Assembly: GCA_964651045.1 (NCBI GenBank) | Contig: CAZYVD010000006.1 | Coordinates: forward strand, 8,570 to 72,569 | DNA length: 64,000 bases | Reading direction: 5' to 3' | From: an uncultured bacterium | Lineage (GTDB): Bacteria > Zhuqueibacterota > QNDG01 > DSAB01 | In this document: one piece after another, positions 10,664 to 19,970 of the stretch | Layout: each line of letters starts with the position of its first letter | How positions within the stretch are numbered: position 1 is the stretch's first letter | The notes under the pieces: model-generated | The model's input: only the letters and a program-made list of their open reading frames with translations | Database searches by the model: none | Told to the model about the DNA's origin: nothing | Program-made: the position numbers and the translations under genes

Positions 10664-11179
10664 ATGTCTAAATCAAGAGGTTCGGTAATTCCGGGTATAA
10701 TTTTAATAATAATAGGAGTATGGTTTCTTAGCCGCCATTTCTATCCAGTTGAGATTGTATGGGTTAATACATATCCTATTGTTTTCATTCTCTTTGCCAT
10801 ATTTCTGATTTTCAATGGATTGAGAAGGCCAAACACTTCTAATATGTTCTGGGGAGTCTTCTTTCTATGTATAGGAGCTTTTTTTACTCTAAGAAATTTT
10901 GGAATCATCCCATTTTTTTATACAGATGAATACTGGCCCATCTTTCTTGTTGCACTTGGAATATCTTTTATATCTATGTTTATTGTAAGGCCGAGTGATT
11001 GGGGTGTCTTAATACCAGGTTCGATTTTACTCTTTTTTGGAGTTGGTTTTTCAATGAGAACTTTTAACGGTTTCTTCTGGGGATGGGGAGAATTTATGGG
11101 AATTTATTGGCCAGTGATTCTTATTGTGATTGGAGCAGGAATATTAATAAGCAGTCTTCATAACAAACCTCGTGAATAG
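10664..11179 (+). CDS. Multi-pass membrane protein of unknown function, co-located with the PspC-domain gene
   Basis: 171 aa with 4-5 hydrophobic helices. 18-nt gap from the PspC gene. Confidence 0.5.
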   Translation: MSKSRGSVIPGIILIIIGVWFLSRHFYPVEIVWVNTYPIVFILFAIFLIFNGLRRPNTSNMFWGVFFLCIGAFFTLRNFGIIPFFYTDEYWPIFLVALGISFISMFIVRPSDWGVLIPGSILLFFGVGFSMRTFNGFFWGWGEFMGIYWPVILIVIGAGILISSLHNKPRE

Positions 11180-11309
11180 TCTCTTAATTCATATTTTTTA
11201 CCTGTATCTTTTTTGTTACAAAAATTTAAAAAATTTTCTCTTGATTTTAAAATAATAATAATTTACCATTAAATGGTATAGTATATTCATTTAGGTATAT
11301 ATTAGTAAA

Positions 11310-13790
11310 TTGATTAAATTTTTGAAAAATAATAAGGCTGGAATAAAGAAGGCTTATGACTCGTTTTTTGAATGGGCCGCAGGAAAAGAGTTCTTTCCAG
11401 ATAATGTCATTTCCCAGAAATATACACAAAAAGTTCTAATAGAGATTCAGAAGAGAAGTCTTGCAGATCAGGTTATTCTACTATCGTGGAATATGGAGGA
11501 TGAAAAGTTTAAGATATATGGGATTTCTCCAGTAAATGATAAAATAAAAATTGGTTCAAGGCTTCTTAAACTATTAATTAAGAAGTTATATATTGAGAAG
11601 AAGATATTATACTGGGATGATCTATGGGAAGATGAATTGATAAGAAACAGCCTGAAGAAAGTAAATCTTCAAACAATTATTATTTCACCGCTTTCTATTT
11701 CTAAATATTTTATAGATATACTAATCATTATCGATTATTCTGAATGGAGTGCTACCAATCAGGTAACAAATTTTATTTCATATGTATCATCGGTTCTTGC
11801 GCTTGCCGTGCATAACAATCGTCTTTACAATGAACTCGTGGCAAAGAATAGTGAATTGAGAGAGTGGACTCGGAATGTTGAAGAGCGAATTGAGGAGGGC
11901 GCAAAAAAATTAGTCGAAAAAGAGGCAAAATATCAGGCCCTGTTTGAGGGAGCGAATGATGGGATCGTGGTACACGACAAGAATGGAAAGATAATCGAAG
12001 CAAATCGTGTTGCATGTGTTTTGTTTGGCGTTGATAAGAGTAATCTCATTGGTTCGAGCATTAATAGATTTGTAGAGTCTAGTTACCTGCAGCAGCATAA
12101 GAGTTTTTTTGATCAGGTATTAAAGGGCGAGAAGGTAATGCCCTTAGAGACGGTCATGAGAAAAGAAGACGGGAGCATCTTTCATGCCGAATTAAGCAGC
12201 AGGGGTGTTCAATTTCAAGGCCGTGATACGATTCAGACATTTATTAGAGATATAACACTACGGAAAAATCTTGAGAATAGCCTGCGTGAATCAAAAGAGA
12301 AATATAGAAGTTTTATTGAATCTTCTCTGGTTGGTGTGTTTATAATGCGAAATGGTCTAATACAATTTGTAAACAGCAGGTTTGGGGAGATAACAGGATA
12401 CAACAAAGATGAATTGATAGATTATTGTTTTTATGATCTTGTTGTTCCTGAGGAGAAAGAGGTAGTAACCAGACGTGAGGAGGAGAAAGAGAGAGGAGAG
12501 AGGATATCCGATCACTATCAGACAAGACTGGTAAACAAAAGCGGTGAGGAAATATGGATTGAAATACATTCCCGTCGTGTGGTTCTTGATGGACGAGCAG
12601 CAATTCTTGGAAATGTGATAGATATAACACAGAGAAAGAAACTCGAAATTCAGCTTCTTGAGACAAAGAAGTTAGATTCGATCGGTACATTGGCAGGAGG
12701 AATTGCTCACGATTTCAATAACCTGCTGGGTGGTATATTGGGCTATGCATCGTTGATACTGAGCGAGATTTCAAAAGATCATCCATTCTATAACGATATA
12801 AAGGCCATAGCCGACACTACAAAAAAGGCTGCTGAACTGACAAATAGATTGCTTGCATTTGCAAGAGGCGGAAAGTATCAGGTTACAAATATCGATATAA
12901 ACAGGATGATCAGAGACATTGTTGTAATCTTATCACACACTCTTGATCGTTCCATTGAATTGAAGACAAATCTGGCCACAGATCTAAAAGAAGTGAAAGG
13001 CGATTCGCAGCAAATACATCAGGCTATTTTGAATATATGTTTGAATGCGAGTGAGGCAATGACAGGTGGTGGTGTGATAACAATAGAGACCTCGAATGTA
13101 AAGATTAAGAATAGTACAGATTTAGAGCATCTTGAGTTAACGTCAGGGGATTATGTAAAGATATCTGTTTCAGATACTGGCATTGGAATGGATGAGGATA
13201 CTAAATCGCGTATATTTGAGCCATTTTTTACAACAAAATCCACAGGGGAAGGATCTGGTCTTGGAATGTCAATGGTCTATGGTATTGTTAAAAATCATGG
13301 AGGTGCAGTAACAGTAGATAGCGAATATGGAAAGGGAACAAAGATTACGATCTTTCTTCCAGGCTTGATGAGAGTAAAGGAGAAGTTCAAGAAAGAGACA
13401 GTCGTAAAGAAAGAGAGAAAACAGCCAGGAAAGATACTTATGGTGGATGATGAGAAAATAATTCGGGAGGTTGGCAGAAGAATGCTGGAGAAGGGAGGAT
13501 TTGAAGTGATTTTAGCAGAGGATGGTGAGAGGGCAATAGAAATATATAAAAAGAATAAGGGAGAAATAGATTTAGTAATATTGGATCTGATCATGCCGAA
13601 GCTGAGCGGTAAGGAGACATACAACAGATTAAAGAGCATTGACAGCCAAATTCGGGTAATCTTTACAAGCGGATATCGTCGTAAAGACAGACCCGAATTG
13701 TTTTATCTTGACGAGACCCATTTTATTCAAAAACCCTTTCAGACAGAATTACTCTTGAAAAAGGTAAAAGATCTATTACAAATAGAATAG
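11310..13790 (+). CDS. Cytoplasmic hybrid sensor histidine kinase (GAF/PAS sensors, HisKA, HATPase_c, C-terminal receiver)
   Basis: H-box GGIAHDFNNLLGGILGYASL, G-boxes (DTGIGMDE, GEGSGLGMS), and receiver ILMVDDEKII...DLVILDLIMP. Confidence 0.85.
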   Translation: MIKFLKNNKAGIKKAYDSFFEWAAGKEFFPDNVISQKYTQKVLIEIQKRSLADQVILLSWNMEDEKFKIYGISPVNDKIKIGSRLLKLLIKKLYIEKKILYWDDLWEDELIRNSLKKVNLQTIIISPLSISKYFIDILIIIDYSEWSATNQVTNFISYVSSVLALAVHNNRLYNELVAKNSELREWTRNVEERIEEGAKKLVEKEAKYQALFEGANDGIVVHDKNGKIIEANRVACVLFGVDKSNLIGSSINRFVESSYLQQHKSFFDQVLKGEKVMPLETVMRKEDGSIFHAELSSRGVQFQGRDTIQTFIRDITLRKNLENSLRESKEKYRSFIESSLVGVFIMRNGLIQFVNSRFGEITGYNKDELIDYCFYDLVVPEEKEVVTRREEEKERGERISDHYQTRLVNKSGEEIWIEIHSRRVVLDGRAAILGNVIDITQRKKLEIQLLETKKLDSIGTLAGGIAHDFNNLLGGILGYASLILSEISKDHPFYNDIKAIADTTKKAAELTNRLLAFARGGKYQVTNIDINRMIRDIVVILSHTLDRSIELKTNLATDLKEVKGDSQQIHQAILNICLNASEAMTGGGVITIETSNVKIKNSTDLEHLELTSGDYVKISVSDTGIGMDEDTKSRIFEPFFTTKSTGEGSGLGMSMVYGIVKNHGGAVTVDSEYGKGTKITIFLPGLMRVKEKFKKETVVKKERKQPGKILMVDDEKIIREVGRRMLEKGGFEVILAEDGERAIEIYKKNKGEIDLVILDLIMPKLSGKETYNRLKSIDSQIRVIFTSGYRRKDRPELFYLDETHFIQKPFQTELLLKKVKDLLQIE

Positions 13791-13807
13791 CGAATTAATC
13801 AGCAATG

Positions 13808-13825
13808 TTGGAACGAGGTTTGCAG
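13808..13825 (+). promoter_or_regulatory. Candidate sigma-54 promoter (TGGAAC-N5-TTGCA) upstream of the second hybrid kinase
   Basis: GG and GC dinucleotides are separated by exactly 10 nt. The -12 TTGCA is perfect and the -24 has one mismatch. It lies 80 nt upstream of the 13906 start. Confidence 0.45.
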
Positions 13826-13905
13826 AAGATACTTAAGAATAGAATATTTTGAAAATATCCTTCATCTATAAAAATTTAAATATCGGGATGGCAAAAAACT
13901 GATTA

Positions 13906-16344
13906 ATGAATATTATTGCTGAAAAAACAGAGAGTTATGTTCCTCAAATTCCAGAGAAAGTTTACGAGGAAATTTATTCAAAAGCAGATATTGCATATCT
14001 TTTGCTTGATTGTGAGGGAAATATTGTCTCTTCAAATGTCACTGCTCAGGAAAAAATTGGATATGAAAGAGAGGAATTAATAGGAAAAAAATTCCTTTCA
14101 TTAATAGATGAACGCGATAGAAGAAGAGTTGAAGAAATTTTTCTAAAATGTGTGGAAAAAGGATATGTTAGAGATGAAGAGGCCGCGATAATAAGCAGGG
14201 AAAAAACTAGAATATGGGTAAAGATAAATGGACTTTCACTTAATGAGGGTCAAGAGCAGAGGTTTGTTAGATTCTTCATAAAAGATGTATCTGATCTTGT
14301 TGCAGAGAAAAAACAGAAAAAGCTTCATATTCTATTTACAAATCTCTTCTCTGGAAGACCCATTTCCGAGAAGCTTCTTCAGAAGACTGTTGTAGAAATA
14401 GAACAAGCATTGGGAAGTATATGTACAGGTTATGTTTTAAAGAAAAAAGGGAGAGACAACATCTTACTGTGGACCAAAAATGATGGTACGGATGGCTCGC
14501 AGCAGAAATTTAAAAAATGGTCATTTGAAATATGGAACAGGTTGTTTAACATCTCAAAGGCAAAGAAGGCTGGTGAGCTTACCAGCTTTGGTGGTGTTAT
14601 CATAAGGTCTTTGTCAGATTTTATGGCAAAGGTTCAGTCTGAAAAAGAGAGTGACTTGATAGTTTTTCTGGCAGAATATGAAACGGTTGTCTTGATTCCT
14701 GTAATTATCAGCGAATCAACATATGGCTTCTTGATATTGATCTACTCTGAAGAAACAAGATGTAATAAAAAAGACATCGAGTTTTTGGAGTCTGTTTTAT
14801 CAATATTTAGACGGAAGGATGATCGTGATGTAAATAGCAAACCGATATTCAATGAAAAGGCCTCTGCACTAATGAATTTGCCGATTGTAGGGGTAATTTG
14901 TGTTCAAAATGGAAAGATCAAATATGTAAATAGTTGGATCGAACGTTTTTTAGAATCGAAGCAGAATGAAATAGTTGGAAAAAGTCTGCTGGAATTTGTT
15001 TCTCCAGATTCTCATAAGATCCTGCAGGAGATATCTAAAGAAGCAGATCCTGGCAGTAGAAAAACAAGCCAGGAGATAGTCGTAATAACTGGAAATGGAA
15101 AGCAGAAGTATGTGGAATGTGCATTAAACAAGATGGGATTAAATGGAGATATAATCGAATTTTGGTATTGGGTAGATAGGTGTGAGAGCCATAATCTTCA
15201 GAATCAGCTCATACAGGCCAGAAAGATGGAAACGCTCGGAATGCTTGCAGGCGGGATTGTACACGATTTCAACAATCTTCTTGCCAGCATAATCGGATAT
15301 AGTTCTCTGCTCAGAGAGGAGATTGGCGAGGATAGTCCGCATTATGAAGACATAAAACAGATCAATGCAATTTCAGAAAAGGCAGTAGAGCTTACATCAA
15401 GACTAATGGCTCATACACAGGGCGATTCCTATATCATAGACAATCTGGATGTAAATCAGCTAATAAAAGAGGTTGCTGGGATATTATCACGTACCCTGAA
15501 TAAAAACATATCAATAAAGGCCGAACTTAATCCCGATCTTGCAAAGATTAAGGCAGATGCAAGTCAGATTCAACAGGTGATATTGCAGATAGCATTAAAT
15601 TCGCGGGACGCAATGCCCGATGGCGGAAAGATTGTATTTAAGACAGATAACATTGTTTTTAAGGAAGACAACCCATATAGAAACAAAGGTGTAAAGCCCG
15701 GGAAATATATACAGATCATAATCAGCGATACTGGAAAGGGGATGAGTTGGCAGGTAAAGGAGAAGATTTTTGATCCCAGTTTTACTACAAAAGGTACACC
15801 TTCGGTTGCAAGGGGAACAGGTCTTTCTGTTGTAAAGGATATAATTGAAAAACATAACGGATTTGTATCTGTATTCAGTGAAAAATTAAAGGGTACGGTA
15901 TTTAAGATATATCTTCCGGCAAATGAAGAACAAAAGCTGGAGTCGACTTCCATTGCCTCTAAGAAACTGAGCACAGGTGAGGAGAAAATTTTGCTTGTCG
16001 ATGATGAAGAAGTACTGAGGGAAACAGCACGCAAGATGTTGACAAGATATGGATATAAAGTAATAAGTGCAGAGAGCGGACCAGAGGCAATATCGATTTA
16101 TAAAAAATACAATGACAAGATAGATCTTATAATTTTAGATACATTCATGCCCGGCATGCGGATCGATAAAATATTGAAATGGATAAAGAAGTTAAATCCA
16201 CAGGCAAAGGTGATTGTTGCTGCCGAAAGGGGAGAGAGGAACAACTTTGAGGATGAAATAGGAGATAAACTATCTGGAGTGGTTCTGAAACCATTTCAGG
16301 TTCGTCCACTGCTTGAAAAGGTGCGTTCAGTTTTGAACGCCTGA
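13906..16344 (+). CDS. Cytoplasmic hybrid sensor histidine kinase, paralog of the upstream kinase (PAS, HisKA, HATPase_c, receiver)
   Basis: H-box GGIVHDFNNLLASIIGYSSL; ATPase G-boxes (DTGKGMS, GTGLSV); receiver ILLVDDEEVL...DLIILDTFMP. Confidence 0.85.
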   Translation: MNIIAEKTESYVPQIPEKVYEEIYSKADIAYLLLDCEGNIVSSNVTAQEKIGYEREELIGKKFLSLIDERDRRRVEEIFLKCVEKGYVRDEEAAIISREKTRIWVKINGLSLNEGQEQRFVRFFIKDVSDLVAEKKQKKLHILFTNLFSGRPISEKLLQKTVVEIEQALGSICTGYVLKKKGRDNILLWTKNDGTDGSQQKFKKWSFEIWNRLFNISKAKKAGELTSFGGVIIRSLSDFMAKVQSEKESDLIVFLAEYETVVLIPVIISESTYGFLILIYSEETRCNKKDIEFLESVLSIFRRKDDRDVNSKPIFNEKASALMNLPIVGVICVQNGKIKYVNSWIERFLESKQNEIVGKSLLEFVSPDSHKILQEISKEADPGSRKTSQEIVVITGNGKQKYVECALNKMGLNGDIIEFWYWVDRCESHNLQNQLIQARKMETLGMLAGGIVHDFNNLLASIIGYSSLLREEIGEDSPHYEDIKQINAISEKAVELTSRLMAHTQGDSYIIDNLDVNQLIKEVAGILSRTLNKNISIKAELNPDLAKIKADASQIQQVILQIALNSRDAMPDGGKIVFKTDNIVFKEDNPYRNKGVKPGKYIQIIISDTGKGMSWQVKEKIFDPSFTTKGTPSVARGTGLSVVKDIIEKHNGFVSVFSEKLKGTVFKIYLPANEEQKLESTSIASKKLSTGEEKILLVDDEEVLRETARKMLTRYGYKVISAESGPEAISIYKKYNDKIDLIILDTFMPGMRIDKILKWIKKLNPQAKVIVAAERGERNNFEDEIGDKLSGVVLKPFQVRPLLEKVRSVLNA

Positions 16345-16376
16345 TAATTTTCAAAATGAAAGTTTTTAAATCTCTC

Positions 16377-16408
16377 TCTCGTGTAGATTTTGCACGAGAA
16401 TTTTTTAA
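16377..16408 (+). terminator. Rho-independent terminator after the second hybrid kinase
   Basis: 7-bp stem TCTCGTG/CACGAGA with a 9-nt loop, followed by ATTTTTT. Confidence 0.5.
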
Positions 16409-16530
16409 TCAAATTTTTAAAAAGTTTACAGATTATAATTTTATTAATATCAATATACTACAAGCATTGTTATAGTAGTGATATAAGGAGTGCATCAGGG
16501 TTCCATGATATTGTAATTTTATAAAATCTG

Positions 16531-16547
16531 TGGCATGATTTCAGCAT
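16531..16547 (+). promoter_or_regulatory. Weak candidate sigma-54 promoter (TGGCAT-N5-CAGCA) upstream of the small kinase and NtrC-type regulator operon
   Basis: Correct GG-N10-GC spacing. The -24 has 5/6 matches, but the -12 has A instead of T before GC. About 40 nt upstream of the likely start at 16586. Confidence 0.3.
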
Positions 16548-16567
16548 ATAGAATTTAGAAGTCATAT

Positions 16568-17287
16568 ATGTTAATTTGGAGGAACATGGGATTAAACAAA
16601 AAAAATTTTCAAAGATTTGTTTCAAAAGAGGCGACTAAAATAGATACTGGTTTCATCTCTGATGTGATCCACAAGATAAAAAATGGACTGGGTGGAATAG
16701 GCGGATTCGCTGCATTAATAGACAGAGACATGCAGGAAAATGATCCCAATAAACGTTTAATTAAATCGATTCAGGATGGTGTGAAAAAGGTAAACGAAAT
16801 AGCAATTACTCTTATGATGATTGTTCGTGACCTAGAGCCCAACATGGAAAGAATCGAACTAAAGTCATTTTTCAAAGAAATAAGGATCCCAAAGGAGTAT
16901 ACAAACAGCGGTAGAGGCTACATTATAAAACCCGAAATAAACAATGGATCTATAAAGATATCTGCAGACCCCGATTTTTTGCAGAAGATGATTTTATACA
17001 TGATAAGATTTATTGAGAAAGTAGAGGCAAAAGTGGATAGAATATTTGTTGATGTTGTGAATAAAAAGAGGTGTTGTGTGGAATTTTATGTTTCAGAGAA
17101 AGACGAATCGGTCAATTTGGATGAGAATCTATCGAGATTAATCAAGAGTTCGGAGCCGCTAGAAGCAAGACTATATCTTGGTGTTGCAGAAAAACTTGTT
17201 AAGCTTTTTAATGGAGATATATATTTTGAATCATCACGTAAGGGTGATAAGAGATTTATAATTCGATTTAACTGCAGGAGTGTTTAA
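16568..17287 (+). CDS. Small cytoplasmic histidine-kinase-like protein (HisKA-like H-box plus degenerate HATPase_c); the true start is probably the ATG at 16586
   Basis: H-box-like ISDVIHKIKNGLGGIGGFAALI. The C-terminal G2-like segment is LYLGVAEKLVKLFNGDIYFES, but no clear N-box Asn or DxGxG. GGAGG RBS before the 16586 ATG. Stop overlaps the start of the downstream regulator (TAATG). Confidence 0.5.
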   Translation: MLIWRNMGLNKKNFQRFVSKEATKIDTGFISDVIHKIKNGLGGIGGFAALIDRDMQENDPNKRLIKSIQDGVKKVNEIAITLMMIVRDLEPNMERIELKSFFKEIRIPKEYTNSGRGYIIKPEINNGSIKISADPDFLQKMILYMIRFIEKVEAKVDRIFVDVVNKKRCCVEFYVSEKDESVNLDENLSRLIKSSEPLEARLYLGVAEKLVKLFNGDIYFESSRKGDKRFIIRFNCRSV

Positions 17288-18660
17288 TGGCTGAAGATCA
17301 CAAAAGAATACTGGTTTTAGATGATGAAGAGATGATTCGGGACCTTCTTCAGGAGACGTTTCAAAAAAGAGGATATGAAGTCGATGTTGCAGTAAATGGA
17401 AAGGAATCATTGAGAAAACTCGAGAAGGCATCTTACAATCTATTGATAACAGATTTAAGACTACCCGACATAAGTGGGATGGAGATACTTTCTGAAGTCA
17501 GAAAAAAGTATCCAGAAATGGGTGTTATAATGATTACTGCTTATGGTTCTATAAGAAATGCTGTTAATGCAATGAAGGAGGGAGCATTCGATTATATCGC
17601 AAAGCCATTCAATCTTGATGAGATGGAAATGGTTGTTGAGAAGTTCTTCAAGTATCAGAGTCTGATAGATGAAAATATATATCTCCGTTCAGAACTTGAT
17701 AAGAAGTACAGTTTTGAGAATATAATTGGCAAAAGCGAATCGATGCAGCGAGTCTATGAAACTATTCGCATGGTTGCAAGAAGCAAGGCAACTGTACTTA
17801 TTCAGGGAGAGAGCGGGACTGGAAAAGAGCTTGTGGCAAGAGCAATACATTACAACAGTCCGAGAAAACACGGTCCATTTATAACAACAAATTGTGCTGC
17901 TCTTCCTGAAGGATTGGTGGAAAGTGAGTTGTTTGGACATGAAAAGGGAGCATTTACAGGAGCCTATAGAACAACAAAAGGCAGATTTGAGATGGCAGAC
18001 GGCGGGACCCTTCTTCTGGATGAGATAAGTGAGATAAGTCTTGGACTTCAGGCTAAACTCTTGAGGGTTCTCCAGGAGCGAGAGATCGAGAGGGTTGGCA
18101 GTGGAAAATCAATTCCAATAGATGTTAGGATAATTGCTACAACAAACAAGGATATTGAAAAAGAGATAGAGGAAAAGAGGTTTCGTGAGGATCTATATTA
18201 TAGATTAAACGTTGTCCCAATTAAGCTGCCCAGTATTGCAGAAAGGCGTGAGGACATTCCTCTATTGGTGCAGCACTTTTTAAAACTGTATTCAAGAGAG
18301 AATGGAAAGCCAGAGAAAAGAATCTCTGAAGAGGCTATGAGAATGCTCACTGAGAGAGATTGGCCAGGAAACGTCAGAGAGATTGAGAACTGTATTGAAA
18401 GGGCAGTTGTAATGTGCCCACCCGATGTAGAGGTTCTTGAAAAGGAACATTTTTTCCTTCAGGATTACCCAACCAGTGATAGCCAGTTGCACTCTTCGCT
18501 AAAAAACATGACATTAAGAGAAGTAGAGAAACATTTGATAATTCAGAGATTGAGAGAAAATAAAAATAACAGAACAAAGGCTGCTGAAGAACTGGGTATA
18601 AGCGTTAGAACATTGAGAAATAAGATCAATGAATATAAAAAAGAAGGGATCAAACTGTAA
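17287..18660 (+). CDS. Sigma-54-dependent two-component response regulator (NtrC family: receiver, AAA+, Fis-type HTH)
   Basis: Receiver (ILVLDDEEMI...LLITDLRLPD), Walker [22 protein letters not shown], and a C-terminal HTH. Confidence 0.9.
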   Translation: MAEDHKRILVLDDEEMIRDLLQETFQKRGYEVDVAVNGKESLRKLEKASYNLLITDLRLPDISGMEILSEVRKKYPEMGVIMITAYGSIRNAVNAMKEGAFDYIAKPFNLDEMEMVVEKFFKYQSLIDENIYLRSELDKKYSFENIIGKSESMQRVYETIRMVARSKATVLIQGESGTGKELVARAIHYNSPRKHGPFITTNCAALPEGLVESELFGHEKGAFTGAYRTTKGRFEMADGGTLLLDEISEISLGLQAKLLRVLQEREIERVGSGKSIPIDVRIIATTNKDIEKEIEEKRFREDLYYRLNVVPIKLPSIAERREDIPLLVQHFLKLYSRENGKPEKRISEEAMRMLTERDWPGNVREIENCIERAVVMCPPDVEVLEKEHFFLQDYPTSDSQLHSSLKNMTLREVEKHLIIQRLRENKNNRTKAAEELGISVRTLRNKINEYKKEGIKL

Positions 18661-18777
18661 CCAACAGGCAAAAATGTCCTTGTCAGGGCAAAGCTTTCCT
18701 TAAAAATATTCTATCCAGAAGAACAAAAACCCAATTTAATTAAGTAAAAACATAGAGATAGACATATAAATATAAAA

Positions 18778-18794
18778 TGGCACAGATGTTGCCA
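18778..18794 (+). promoter_or_regulatory. Strong candidate sigma-54 promoter (TGGCAC-N5-TTGCC) embedded in the inverted repeat AAATGGCA...TGCCATTT
   Basis: Perfect -24 TGGCAC and -12 TTGC with canonical spacing, 52 nt upstream of the receiver-PAS-HisKA gene and immediately downstream of the NtrC-type activator. Confidence 0.6.
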
Positions 18795-18846
18795 TTTACC
18801 ATAATAGTGCTATAAATGCTTAATTAACAAATGAAAGGATGTATAA

Positions 18847-19923
18847 GTGAAGAAGAAAAAGAACCAGAGGATTATCTACATTGATGGGGATAAAAAGTAC
18901 CAGAAAATGGCTAAAAAGGTATTTGCCAAGGAGGGATATAATATTTCTATATGCAGTAATGGGGAAGAGGGGTTGATGAGTATTTCTAAAGGCAAGCCTG
19001 GTGTGGTGATAATAGATTATAATCTGGGAGACATAACTATCGAGGAGTTTTATACTCGTTTTCTTACTGATAAGCGTTTTAAAAAGATGTATGATATTCC
19101 TTTCATAGCACTAGTAAACAATGGAGATGTAGACAAATCGAAACTTTACAGCTTGGGGTTCAGCAGATGTTTCAGTAAGCCGTTCTACCCCAGTCAGCTT
19201 CTTGATTTTGTAGAAGATGTATTAATATCTCATAATTTGAGAATGGAGGAGTATAATTTCTGGGATACTATTCATGATGCAAAAGATTTTTTAGAAAATG
19301 TTGTGGAAAGCTCTGTAGACCCAATAGTAACAACTGACACAAGAGGAATAATAACATACTGCAATGCTGCTAACGAGGAGATGCTGGGTTATAGTTTTGA
19401 AGAGCTCGTTGGTCAGAGGGCAAGCATAATACTTCATGAAGGGGCAAGCGAGCTGCTCAAGATAGCTTCTTTCTTAAAGAAGAATAAAAAACTTAGGAAC
19501 TATAAGACTTATGCTATCAAGAAGGATGGAAAGAAGATTCCGCTTAATCTTTCAATGTCACTGATGAGAAATGGTGGTGGGAGGGTGATAGGAGTAATAG
19601 CAATTGGGAAGGAGATGAGTGGAGACGAATCGATAGAATATGATGCTCAGGAGTCTGATAGATTAGCAACAATAGTAGAGACAGCAGTGGCTGTAAATCA
19701 TGCCATAAATAATCCATTGGTTCCGATATTAGGCAATGCACAGTTTCTTCTTCAGAATGAGAATATTGTAGACGAAGATATAAAAAAGAGATTACGTGTT
19801 ATAGTAAATAATGCATTGAGGATTCGTGACATCACACAGAAACTGGCTAGGGTTACTCATCCTGTTACCAGAGAGTATTCTCGCGGTACACGAATGCTTG
19901 ATATTGATGCTTCAGCCTTTTAA
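18847..19923 (+). CDS. Receiver-PAS-HisKA protein lacking an ATPase domain (phosphotransfer or phosphatase-type signalling protein)
   Basis: Receiver with conserved Asp (VVIIDYNLGD) and Lys (SKPF); PAS (PIVTTDTRGIITYCNAANEEMLGYSFEEL); HisKA-like H-box (AVAVNHAINNPLVPILGNAQFL). The ORF ends with no HATPase_c. Confidence 0.7.
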   Translation: MKKKKNQRIIYIDGDKKYQKMAKKVFAKEGYNISICSNGEEGLMSISKGKPGVVIIDYNLGDITIEEFYTRFLTDKRFKKMYDIPFIALVNNGDVDKSKLYSLGFSRCFSKPFYPSQLLDFVEDVLISHNLRMEEYNFWDTIHDAKDFLENVVESSVDPIVTTDTRGIITYCNAANEEMLGYSFEELVGQRASIILHEGASELLKIASFLKKNKKLRNYKTYAIKKDGKKIPLNLSMSLMRNGGGRVIGVIAIGKEMSGDESIEYDAQESDRLATIVETAVAVNHAINNPLVPILGNAQFLLQNENIVDEDIKKRLRVIVNNALRIRDITQKLARVTHPVTREYSRGTRMLDIDASAF

Positions 19924-19970
19924 AAAAAAATTTTTATTTATTGAATTATCGATCTGAAGATGAGGTGATA

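Noticed and set aside
18770-18800. Minus-strand sigma-54 signature created by the same palindrome
   Set aside because: The minus-strand -12 would read TGTGC, and the motif would fire antisense into the NtrC-type regulator gene. Only the plus-strand orientation has a gene at the right distance.
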